Below are positions 1 to 8,248 of a stretch of 64,000 nucleotides of DNA, piece by piece (within the stretch, counting starts at the first letter, position 1; each line of letters begins with the position of its first letter). The stretch covers positions 4,672 to 68,671 of the forward strand of contig JBCCDS010000029.1 in assembly GCA_039030655.1 (NCBI GenBank), written 5' to 3'. The notes beneath the pieces are model-generated. The model was not told the DNA's origin and searched no databases. It was given only the letters and a program-made list of their open reading frames with translations. A program made the translations under genes and the position numbers. Source of the DNA: Bacteroidota bacterium (GTDB lineage Bacteria; Bacteroidota; Bacteroidia; Chitinophagales; Saprospiraceae).

Positions 1-2
1 GT

Positions 3-2492
3 ATTTACCAACAGCTTTTCCAGCAGTTACAACAAGACGATCAGCCAGAACTACTTCAGGCAGGGCGTGAGTTGCAGCGTACCGAATCGGTGCTAAAAGC
101 CCTCATCGGCCTCCCTACTGATGGTAGCCTGTGGGACCGACTCGATGCCCGAGGACGCTACCAAAACACGATTGCAGCCATTGTCAACCTTTTTGCAGCC
201 GAAAGCTTGCTCCAGCCGACCGTCATCGAGCTGGAAGACACCCACTGGCTAGATGACGACAGCCGCGTCCTACTACAAGAATTACTGCGGCGCCTGCCTA
301 ATCATGCCATCTTCCTGATTTGTTCTTCGCGCTACACCGATGCCGGAGAAGCGCCGCAATTGATCTCCGCCGAGCTGTTGGAAGAGTTTAAGATCACCCC
401 TTTGCGGATCGACCTCAAGTCTCTCAGTCAGGCCGCCATTCGGGAGTTTGCCGAACAGCAATTAGGTGGCCCCATTTCCAGTAATTGCTTCGACGTCTTA
501 CTGCGTGCCAGTAATCGCAACCCTTTCTACCTCGAACAACTGCTTGGTTATTTCCACGAAAACGAGTTACTGCTCAAAGACAAAGGCAAGTGGGAGTTGC
601 GTGATGGTGACATCAAACTCTCCGAAAGCATTAACTCCATCCTGACAGCTAGAATCGATCGTTTGTCCAATTTGGTCCGGGAAACGGTAAAGGCCGCTGC
701 AGTTATTGGACGGGAGTTTGATTTACCCGTACTTCGGGAAGTACTTCGCCAGCAAACCGGCGAGGATGTCGATCAGATTGTGATTCGCGATCAGGTCAAA
801 AAAGCAGAGCAAGGTCAGATCTGGAGTGCCGTCAACGAACTGCGTTATATCTTCCGGCACAGCCTGCTACGCGAGGCTGTCTATAGTATGCAGCTCAATA
901 CCCGGCTACAGGAATTGCACCGGCAAATTGCTCAGGTGATTGAGCGTCTCTACGCCGCCAATATCGAAACGCATTACGTCGACCTCGCCTTCCACTACGA
1001 GCAATCGGGCGATGAACAAAAGACCGTCGAGTACTTACAAAAAGCGGCCGATTATGCCCGCGCCAACTATCAAAACCAGCTGGCGCTGGATCTTTATGAC
1101 CGCCTCCTGGTCAAAACCGGGAAGGATACCCAGCAGATTGATACGCTGAAGATTTATCTGAGCCGCGGGCAGGTCCTGGAAATTATCGGCAACTGGGAAT
1201 CCGCCCTGGATGCCTACCAAAAAGCACAGCGTATTGCCAAACGCAGTCGCGATATCATCCTGCTCGGCAAGACCAATAACCGCCTTGGTCACCTCTTGAT
1301 GTTGCGCGGCCGCTACGAAGAAGCCATGCAATACCTCCAGGTAGCTGCGGGCCTTTTCGAATCTATCGACGACCCCTTGGGCATCGCCAAAGTTTACGGC
1401 AACCTGGGTTTACTTTATTTCCGCCGGGCACGCTACCAGCAAGCTCTCGATTACTTCCAACGCTCACTGGAAACTGGCTTCAGCCGAGTAGGTACTACCA
1501 GCAGCGCTGAGACGGTGGCCTATCTGGGTTTAACCTACATGAATCGCGGAGAATACCAGCAAGGTATTGAAGTCATAAAAGAACAGATCCCGCTTCACCA
1601 GGAAAACAATGATAGCATGGGCCTGGCCAATCTACACACCAACCTGGGGATCATTTACTTTGAAAGTGGAAACGACGAAGCTGCGGAAGTACACTACCAT
1701 AAAGGCCTACAACTGGCTGAAGAACTCGGCAACAAGCAGCTACAGGCGATCGGTACCGGCTGCCTTGGTGGCGTTTACGAACGCCAGGGAGAATACCCCA
1801 AAGCCATGGAACTCTTCCAACGCGACTTGCAGCTCTGCCAAGAGTTGGGCGACTGGCAAGGCATAGCTATCGCCGAGGGACTGATTGGTGAGCTTTACAG
1901 CATCATGGGGCAGTTTCAGGATGCCGAAAAACATCTAGGGCGCTACCTCAACATCAGCAAAGATCTAGGCTACCAGAAAGGTGTAGCGAAAGCCGTCAAT
2001 ACCCTTGGCGACATTTGCTTCTTTCAGGCTCGCTACGATGAGTCCATCGCCTACTACGACCAGTCTATTGAAATCGCGCGCAAGACCAATAATGTCCCCG
2101 TACTTGGCAACAGCCTAATGGAAAAGGGGATGGTACTGCTCGCTGCTAATCAGTTGGACGACTTAGCGGCTACCGAAGATGAAGCGCTGAAAGTTGCTCA
2201 GGAGTTGGGCAACCCAGACTTACTCTACTCTACCCAACTGCTTAGCGCTCGCGCTGAGGTAGCGCGTGGCAAGGTGTCTGAAGGGCTTAGCATGCTACAA
2301 GACTTACTTAGTTCTCTCAAATTACGACCAGAACAAGAAGCCGCCGCTTACTATGAGCGTTTCCGAATTAGCGATCAGGACATTGAAGCCCGCGACATGG
2401 CGCGTATGCTCTACGAACAACTACATCAGGAAACGCCGAAATACTTATACGAAAAACGCTTGGAGCTGCTGCGTCAGGCCGCTGATAAGTAA
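3..2492 (+). CDS. NTPase (STAND/AAA_16-like) C-terminal part fused to a long TPR-repeat array; probable signal-transduction regulator. The 5' end lies outside the window.
   Basis: The frame is open from base 3 to the TAA at 2490-2492, and the ORF track only starts at an internal TTG (72). The C-terminal two-thirds is repeated 34-40 aa TPR-like units (e.g. YGNLGLLYFRRARYQQALDYFQRSLE, HTNLGIIYFESGNDEAAEVHYHKGLQLAEE). The N-terminal part has the LELEDTHWLDDDS walker-B-like segment typical of AAA_16-TPR regulators. Confidence 0.6.
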   Translation: MYQQLFQQLQQDDQPELLQAGRELQRTESVLKALIGLPTDGSLWDRLDARGRYQNTIAAIVNLFAAESLLQPTVIELEDTHWLDDDSRVLLQELLRRLPNHAIFLICSSRYTDAGEAPQLISAELLEEFKITPLRIDLKSLSQAAIREFAEQQLGGPISSNCFDVLLRASNRNPFYLEQLLGYFHENELLLKDKGKWELRDGDIKLSESINSILTARIDRLSNLVRETVKAAAVIGREFDLPVLREVLRQQTGEDVDQIVIRDQVKKAEQGQIWSAVNELRYIFRHSLLREAVYSMQLNTRLQELHRQIAQVIERLYAANIETHYVDLAFHYEQSGDEQKTVEYLQKAADYARANYQNQLALDLYDRLLVKTGKDTQQIDTLKIYLSRGQVLEIIGNWESALDAYQKAQRIAKRSRDIILLGKTNNRLGHLLMLRGRYEEAMQYLQVAAGLFESIDDPLGIAKVYGNLGLLYFRRARYQQALDYFQRSLETGFSRVGTTSSAETVAYLGLTYMNRGEYQQGIEVIKEQIPLHQENNDSMGLANLHTNLGIIYFESGNDEAAEVHYHKGLQLAEELGNKQLQAIGTGCLGGVYERQGEYPKAMELFQRDLQLCQELGDWQGIAIAEGLIGELYSIMGQFQDAEKHLGRYLNISKDLGYQKGVAKAVNTLGDICFFQARYDESIAYYDQSIEIARKTNNVPVLGNSLMEKGMVLLAANQLDDLAATEDEALKVAQELGNPDLLYSTQLLSARAEVARGKVSEGLSMLQDLLSSLKLRPEQEAAAYYERFRISDQDIEARDMARMLYEQLHQETPKYLYEKRLELLRQAADK

Positions 2493-2521
2493 GCCCAACG
2501 CAGCAACTTCATCCAACTGGT

Positions 2522-3337
2522 TTAGTTTCCTAAAATCAAGGGTAAACCATCGCCTTCTCCACCGACGACGACCACCTTCGTATTAGGCGAAGCGGCTAGT
2601 TCAAGGGTAGCCTCAATACCTTTATCGCGCAGAATATTAGCGGATAAGCTACTGGCCAGAATCCGGTTCGCTTCTGCCTTTGCTTCCGCCTCAATTAGAA
2701 TCCGCTGAGCTTCTTGTCGCTCTTGAGCCAGAATGTATTCGTACTTGAGTGCGAGCTGCTCTGCTTCCAGTTTTTCTTCAATGGCGGTACGCACCTTGTC
2801 TGGTAACTCAATATCGCGAATCAGTACTGCTCGCAAATCAATATAATTGTTGCTAAGAGTCGTCTCCAGATCTTCCTGGATCAAGGTTTGTACTTCGTCA
2901 CGCCGGGTAGAATACAATTCCTCAGGCGTAAACTTACCGAGGATCTGTCGTACACTGGAGCGTATTTCCGGACGAACCAATCGGGTGAGATATTCTTCGC
3001 CAAATTGCTCATGAATTTCCCCAATGCGACCATAATTAGGGTTGACCCGTACCGTTACGTCCACCTTAATATTCAAACCATTACTGGAGAGTACTTCCAT
3101 TTCTTCTTCCAGTTGAATCTCCCGAACATCGTAAACGAAGAGTCGGTTCCAGGGAGCTACTATGTGAAATCCTGGCGAGTAGATGTTTTCCTTGTCTAGC
3201 CCAGCACCGAAGCGGCGGAAAAGCACCCCGCGCTCTCCTGCATCGACCGTCCGAAAGGAGGTAGTTGCAAAAATGATGATTAAAACGAGTAGAAGGAATC
3301 CGAGGGCTCCAAATCGAGCCAGACCTTTTTGTTCCAT
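2522..3337 (-). CDS. SPFH/band-7 (prohibitin/HflC-like) membrane protein
   Basis: 271-aa ORF with an N-terminal TM segment (FGALGFLLLVLIIIFA), an SPFH core (GERGVLFRRFGAGLD...GFHIVAPWNRLFVYDVR) and a coiled-coil EAEAKAEANRILA tail. Confidence 0.8.
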   Translation of the reverse strand: MEQKGLARFGALGFLLLVLIIIFATTSFRTVDAGERGVLFRRFGAGLDKENIYSPGFHIVAPWNRLFVYDVREIQLEEEMEVLSSNGLNIKVDVTVRVNPNYGRIGEIHEQFGEEYLTRLVRPEIRSSVRQILGKFTPEELYSTRRDEVQTLIQEDLETTLSNNYIDLRAVLIRDIELPDKVRTAIEEKLEAEQLALKYEYILAQERQEAQRILIEAEAKAEANRILASSLSANILRDKGIEATLELAASPNTKVVVVGGEGDGLPLILGN

Positions 3338-3500
3338 GATTGGTGTTACTTAAAATCGAAACTGGGGCACTTTTTATGCCACCAGCACATATTACAGTTA
3401 TTTTTTGATCAGTTCCAGCTTTTTTTCTAATCACAATTGGTCCCTTAAGGGTTATACTTGCAACAGACTTAGCCAAATCGATCATATCCATTTACCTACT

Positions 3501-3851
3501 ATGAAACAATTTTCCCTCTTTCTGTTCTTAACCATCCTCATTTTTGCTTGCGGTGGTGGAGAAGAATCTACTTCTTCCAGTAGTAATAGCACCGTAAGTA
3601 GTGCTTCGGCTGATATCGACGTCGAAAAGCTTTGGAAGGTCCGCTGTATCGCCTGCCATGGCCTCTATGGCGACATGGGCACTAACGGTGCAGCCAACCT
3701 ACAAGAAGTCACTAGCCCTTTAGCCGATCGGGTCAAGATCATCACCAATGGTAGCGAGAACGGTATCATGACGGCCTTTGGCGAGATCTTATCCGAGGAA
3801 GAAATCGAAGCGCTAGCTCGCTATACGATGAGTTTTAACGAGAACCTCTAG
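3501..3851 (+). CDS. Class I c-type cytochrome, lipoprotein
   Basis: Start trimmed to the ATG at 3501. Lipoprotein signal MKQFSLFLFLTILIFAC, a single CIACH heme-binding motif and a distal Met (ITNGSENGIMTAF). Confidence 0.75.
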   Translation: MKQFSLFLFLTILIFACGGGEESTSSSSNSTVSSASADIDVEKLWKVRCIACHGLYGDMGTNGAANLQEVTSPLADRVKIITNGSENGIMTAFGEILSEEEIEALARYTMSFNENL

Positions 3852-3854
3852 CCG

Positions 3855-5051
3855 ATGACGCCAGCCGAGTATTGGGTACTGGGTTTAATGTCGGGCAGCT
3901 CCCTAGATGGGCTGGACATGGCGCTTTGTCGTTTTCAGCTAGCGGCGGCTTCCCAGCCTCAGATAGAGGAATGGGAAATTGTAGCGGCAACCACCCGAGA
4001 ATTCCCCAAGCCCTGGCAGGCGCGTCTGCGGATAGCTACCCATTTACCCGCGGCTGAGTTTTGGCGGCTGCACGTTGATTTAGGTCGCTACTTTGGCCAA
4101 CTGGCCAGACAATTCCTCGATCAACAATCGCAAAAGGCGCAGTTGGTCGGCTCTCACGGTCATACCATTTTTCATCGGCCTGATCAGCGGTACACCTGTC
4201 AGATTGGCGACGGAGCAGCCTTAGCTGCCGAACTAGGTCTCCCGGTAGTGGATCAACTGCGATCGAGTGATTTAGCTCAGGGTGGGCAGGGTGCCCCGAT
4301 TGCGCCTTTAGCAGACCGCTACCTTTTCCCCGAATACGGTGCCTTTCTCAATCTGGGGGGGATTGCCAATATCAGTATTCGTACTTCCGCAGGTCCTACC
4401 CCTCCGCTAGAGGCTGAGGACCTGCGGAAGTACAAAAACTCCAACCAATTCTTAGCGGGTGATGTATCTGGCGCCAATCAAATTTTGAATAAGCTAGCCG
4501 TCGCTGCCGGCTCATTACTTCCGTATGATGATGGTGGACGTTTAGCAGCCAGTGGCCATTTGCTGCCTGATTTATTAGAGACCTTAGTCGCCGTAGAATA
4601 TCATCAACAGACCTACCCGAAGTCCTTAGCCAATGCCTGGGTGCAAGAAACGCTCTGGCCAGTTGTCGAGCAAGCCGAAGGTACAGCCGTTGATAAGCTA
4701 CATACCTTTTGCCGTTTTCTGGCCCAACTCATTCATGATGACCTTCGCCGACTGGCCGAGCAAGCCAAGCTGCCCCCACAGCCCATCCAGGTAATGATCA
4801 GTGGAGGTGGCGGTCACAACCGATTTGTAGTGGAATGCCTCCGCAGCCTGGAGCAGGATGATCGCTACCCTTTGGGTTACGCACTTCCCGCCCTAAACAT
4901 CATCAATTTCAAAGAAGCAGCCCTCGTGGCCCTTTCCGCCTTGTGGCGAAAACTAGGCATACCCAATGCTTTTGCCAGCGTGACGGGTGCGAATCAAGAC
5001 ACGATCAACGGGGCATTATATCTACCAGCTCCCAGTTATAAAATCAGCTGA
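3855..5051 (+). CDS. anmK: Anhydro-N-acetylmuramic acid kinase
   Basis: 398 aa with the N-terminal GLMSGSSLDGLD signature, LNLGGIANIS and a C-terminal ISGGGGHN motif of the AnmK/ASKHA family. Carries an extra ~18-aa segment encoded by the hairpin at 4381-4433. Confidence 0.85.
   Translation: MTPAEYWVLGLMSGSSLDGLDMALCRFQLAAASQPQIEEWEIVAATTREFPKPWQARLRIATHLPAAEFWRLHVDLGRYFGQLARQFLDQQSQKAQLVGSHGHTIFHRPDQRYTCQIGDGAALAAELGLPVVDQLRSSDLAQGGQGAPIAPLADRYLFPEYGAFLNLGGIANISIRTSAGPTPPLEAEDLRKYKNSNQFLAGDVSGANQILNKLAVAAGSLLPYDDGGRLAASGHLLPDLLETLVAVEYHQQTYPKSLANAWVQETLWPVVEQAEGTAVDKLHTFCRFLAQLIHDDLRRLAEQAKLPPQPIQVMISGGGGHNRFVVECLRSLEQDDRYPLGYALPALNIINFKEAALVALSALWRKLGIPNAFASVTGANQDTINGALYLPAPSYKIS
4381..4433. 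repeat. 53-nt perfect hairpin element (16-nt arms GTACTTCCGCAGGTCC / GGACCTGCGGAAGTAC, 21-nt loop) embedded in the anmK reading frame
   Basis: The arms at 4381-4396 and 4418-4433 are exact reverse complements. The loop has an inner CCTC/GAGG pair (4401-4404 / 4410-4413). The arms carry the dispersed 12-mer. Confidence 0.85.
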
Positions 5052-6040
5052 TGCAAAACCCTATCCTCTTAACGGGCGCCACCGGCTTTTTAGGCCACCA
5101 CCTTTGCCGAAAGCTGCTGGGAGAAGGGTATCAGGTCCGAGCATTTTGCCGAGCAGAGAGTAATAAGGATTTACTTCCCGCTCCTCAGACTGGCTTTAGC
5201 ATCATTGAAGGTGATATTCTGGATATTTTCACCCTGGCTGACGCTATGGAAGGCTGCGGAGCCGTCATCCACACTGCTGCGCTGGTTTCTTTTCAGAGCA
5301 AGGACAAAAAGCAACTCTATCAAACCAATCAGGAAGGAACGGCTAATGTGGTCAACCTTGCTTTGGACTTAAAAATTCCCCGCCTGGTTTACGTCAGCTC
5401 TGTGGCAGCTCTGGGCAGGAATTCTGGTAGTGAAAAACCAACCAGTCTACGCGACAATTGGCACCATCAGCGAGCCCTTACCCCTTATGCCCGTTCCAAA
5501 TTTGCCGCTGAAAGAGAAGTCTGGCGAGCCCAGGCCGAGGGCTTATCCGTAGGGGCGGTCTATCCCTCAATTATGGTAGGAGCCGGCGACTGGAAACGCG
5601 GAGGCAGCCCAGGTATTTTTGACCATCTAGCTCAAGGTAGTCGCTACTACCCTAACGGCAGTGCCGGCTTTGTAGCGGTAGAAGATGTGGTGCTCAGCTG
5701 TCTTCACCTTTTACAGTCGGAGGAGGCGGCAGAAAGAATCCTTTGTAGTGCTGCCAATCTCAGTTGGGAGAGCTTTCTTACCCAGGCGGCCCGAGCACTC
5801 AAAGTGAAGCCGCCTAGTATCCGATTACGCTCCTGGCAGACGGGACTGCTCTGGCCAATTGTGGGTTTGACCGCTCGGATCAAAGGTAAAAAGCCAATGA
5901 TTACTAGGGCAACCCATCGTACTAGTCAGGCACGGTTCCATTACGATGGCAGTAGCTTTGAAACTATTTTGGGTCGGTCTTATAGCTCCGTTGATGAGGC
6001 TATAAGGCGTACTGCTGCTGCTTATTTGGGTAGCAGTTGA
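5051..6040 (+). CDS. NAD-dependent epimerase/dehydratase family protein (extended SDR)
   Basis: 329 aa with an N-terminal Rossmann motif LTGATGFLGHHL and YARSK (YxxxK). The ATG overlaps the anmK stop by 1 nt (TGATG). Confidence 0.75.
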   Translation: MQNPILLTGATGFLGHHLCRKLLGEGYQVRAFCRAESNKDLLPAPQTGFSIIEGDILDIFTLADAMEGCGAVIHTAALVSFQSKDKKQLYQTNQEGTANVVNLALDLKIPRLVYVSSVAALGRNSGSEKPTSLRDNWHHQRALTPYARSKFAAEREVWRAQAEGLSVGAVYPSIMVGAGDWKRGGSPGIFDHLAQGSRYYPNGSAGFVAVEDVVLSCLHLLQSEEAAERILCSAANLSWESFLTQAARALKVKPPSIRLRSWQTGLLWPIVGLTARIKGKKPMITRATHRTSQARFHYDGSSFETILGRSYSSVDEAIRRTAAAYLGSS

Positions 6041-6271
6041 TGAGGCAGCTTCTGGCTTGGGCAACTAGTAGTAAGCATCAAAACTAGTTTTATCTGTATC
6101 GACAATAGTTGCTACGGCAAACTGTTGGATTGATCCATCGTTCCAGCGATCCAGCAATCATCAATTTTCATCCCAACCATTTTCATGCTACACAACCACC
6201 TCTAACTTCAGCAGCGATTTATAAACCTTCCTGGACCTTCTGCGTTTGGCCTACCGCAAACGAATTACATC

Positions 6272-6964
6272 ATGGCAAACTATCTCATTATTGGAGGTAG
6301 CTCGGGTATTGGCCGAGCACTAGTTGATCAACTATTAGCAGAAGATCATCAGCTTTGGGTCTGGTCTCGCGAGCAGCGTGATTTACCATTGAGTCCACAA
6401 CTGCACTTTACTTCCGTCGATGTTGTGGAGGATGATTTACCCAAAGGCCAGCTACCTGAGCAATTAGATGGCCTCGTATACTGCCCCGGCTCTATTGATC
6501 TGCGATCCTTTCGGGGCTTAAAGCCGGAGGTTTTCCGTACAGCCTATGAATTAAATGTAATCGGTGCAGTACGTTGTATTCAGGCTGCTGAGCGTGCTCT
6601 TAAACAAACTGAGCAGGCAGGCATTGTATTATTTTCAACGGTCGCTGTACAAAAAGGAATGCCCTTTCACGCAGCCGTCGCGGCGGCAAAAGGCGGTGTA
6701 GAAGGCCTTACTCGTTCCTTAGCGGCTGAGTACGCGCCTAAAATTCGGGTTAATGCAATAGCTCCTTCTTTAACGGACACCCCACTAGCCGCCAAGTTGT
6801 TAAGCACCTCAGACAAGCGGCAGGCCAGTGCGGAGCGACACCCGCTTAAACGCGTAGCGGAGCCTACCGAAATAGCGGCTATGGCTGCTTTTCTGCTCAG
6901 TAGCCAGGCCGCATTTATGACGGCCCAGGTAATCGGCATGGATGGTGGAATCGGAAAAATTTAA
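6272..6964 (+). CDS. Short-chain dehydrogenase/reductase family protein (atypical active site)
   Basis: 230 aa with IIGGSSGIG cofactor motif and an RVNAIAPSLTDTPL segment. The position of the catalytic Tyr in YxxxK reads V (HAAVAAAK). Confidence 0.7.
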   Translation: MANYLIIGGSSGIGRALVDQLLAEDHQLWVWSREQRDLPLSPQLHFTSVDVVEDDLPKGQLPEQLDGLVYCPGSIDLRSFRGLKPEVFRTAYELNVIGAVRCIQAAERALKQTEQAGIVLFSTVAVQKGMPFHAAVAAAKGGVEGLTRSLAAEYAPKIRVNAIAPSLTDTPLAAKLLSTSDKRQASAERHPLKRVAEPTEIAAMAAFLLSSQAAFMTAQVIGMDGGIGKI

Positions 6965-6993
6965 AGCGATAGCTCCGGACTAGATATAAAAAA

Positions 6994-7020
6994 CCCCCCT
7001 TCTTAAAAGAAGAAGGGAGG
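6994..7020. terminator. Hairpin between convergent genes (CCCTTCTT aaaag AAGAAGGG)
   Basis: 8-bp stem at 6997-7004 / 7010-7017 flanked by A/T runs, located 30 nt after the SDR stop. Confidence 0.45.
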
Positions 7021-7125
7021 CCATCCCAAAAACCGATTTAAGTTCTTCGCGTCGATTGATTCACAGAGTCTTTTGGGAACTGACTCCTGGGTGAAAACGC
7101 TGTTCCTTGGTCGGTAGATAATATG

Positions 7126-7151
7126 TTTTGAGCAAGAATTAATGCTCAAAA
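7126..7151 (-). terminator. Hairpin downstream of the PorP/SprF gene
   Basis: TTTTGAGCA (7126-7134) pairs with TGCTCAAAA (7143-7151), 50 nt after the minus-strand stop at 7201. Confidence 0.35.
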
Positions 7152-7200
7152 GAAGGCTCTCAAACCTCTAGTAGCACCAAAGGTAATACATTTAGTCCAC

Positions 7201-8169
7201 TTATCTGCGACCTTCACGTACTTCTCGTTGGCGTGCTGCACGACGTTCCTGCATTTCTCCACGATCCAGGTGATAGCCCAGCGTCACTTCGTGAGACCCG
7301 TTGTTGTACTGCTGAAAAGTTGCGAAGGATAAATCGTAACTGTAGTAAATACGTAAGCCATCTAACTTGGTTCCTAATAGTAATCCGACAGCTCCCAAGT
7401 AGCGGTAAGACAAGCCAGTAATCAGTTGCTCATCCAGGAAAGAAGCCTGTAGATTGAAGTCCAGCATGAAGGGCGCATTCTGTACGTTTCGCATCATCAC
7501 TGAAGGCGTCAATATGACCTTCAATTCCGGTAGGTCAAAGTGGTGCCCCAGCAAGAAGGTGTAGTTAAAGCGACTTTCATCAGTAGCTCCTGATATATTA
7601 GCTAAGCGATTACTCACCAGATTATTAATCGTCACCCCACCGAAGGTCTTTTTGCGGAAGGTTCCGTAAAGACCAAATCCAGCATCAAACTCGTTAACCC
7701 CGTTCATGAAATCCATCAGGAGCTCATCACCTGCTTGAATCAAGGGGTTATTCAGTACGGCACCATCTAGCTGGATGCGCTGAAACTGAGTAAAGAAACC
7801 GAAGGCCGCCTGGAAAGCAGGTTGGTCTTTTTCTAGCTCTGGGCCAAATCCGAAGCGAAAAGCAACGTCTAATTGGCCCTTCACCCGATTTAATTGTGCC
7901 GCGGATTCTGAAAAAATGGCGGCACCCAATCCGAAGTTATTTCCGATCGGTCCGTTGAATCGTACGCCCAGCGTTGTAGGAGCATCATCAAAGCCCGCCC
8001 AGGCAGCCCGAGCATTAACCTGTAATTGGTATTCGTTTTCAAAGCCAGCAGCCCCCGGGTTAAGGATGATTGGGCTTTGTACGTAATGATTGAAAATCGT
8101 CTCCTCTTGGGCCGCAAGCCAGTTGGTCAACAGCCCCAGAAGTAGTAAAAGTGGTAGAGACTTTTTCAT
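7201..8169 (-). CDS. PorP/SprF family type IX secretion system membrane protein
   Basis: 322 aa with a signal peptide, an N-terminal QEETIFNHYVQSPIILNPGAAGF signature typical of PorP/SprF, and beta-barrel-like alternating sequence. Lies directly downstream of a gene with a type-B T9SS CTD. Confidence 0.8.
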   Translation of the reverse strand: MKKSLPLLLLLGLLTNWLAAQEETIFNHYVQSPIILNPGAAGFENEYQLQVNARAAWAGFDDAPTTLGVRFNGPIGNNFGLGAAIFSESAAQLNRVKGQLDVAFRFGFGPELEKDQPAFQAAFGFFTQFQRIQLDGAVLNNPLIQAGDELLMDFMNGVNEFDAGFGLYGTFRKKTFGGVTINNLVSNRLANISGATDESRFNYTFLLGHHFDLPELKVILTPSVMMRNVQNAPFMLDFNLQASFLDEQLITGLSYRYLGAVGLLLGTKLDGLRIYYSYDLSFATFQQYNNGSHEVTLGYHLDRGEMQERRAARQREVREGRR

Positions 8170-8195
8170 GGTGGGTATTTTAAGATCAGTTCTTG

Positions 8196-8240
8196 GGAAA
8201 AATAAAGAGCTCCTGCTTCGGCGAAACCGAAGCAGGAGCT
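8196..8240 (-). terminator. Rho-independent terminator after the 2947-aa gene
   Basis: Perfect 14-bp stem AGCTCCTGCTTCGG (8208-8221) / CCGAAGCAGGAGCT (8227-8240), followed on the minus strand by CTTTATTTTT. Confidence 0.7.
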
Positions 8241-8248
8241 AAAAGGAT

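Noticed and set aside
3405-3500. N-terminal extensions offered by the ORF track for cytochrome c (3405), hisH (33451), accB (45645) and rlmB (49112).
   Set aside because: The extensions overlap upstream genes or precede clear signal-peptide or family N-termini. Internal ATGs at 3501, 33556, 45699 and 49085 give canonical N-termini.
6109-6300. 63-aa ORF upstream of and overlapping the SDR gene, and the 62-aa ORF at 24771-24959.
   Set aside because: They have no motif, low-complexity or odd composition, and either overlap a well-supported start or sit in a regulatory spacer.
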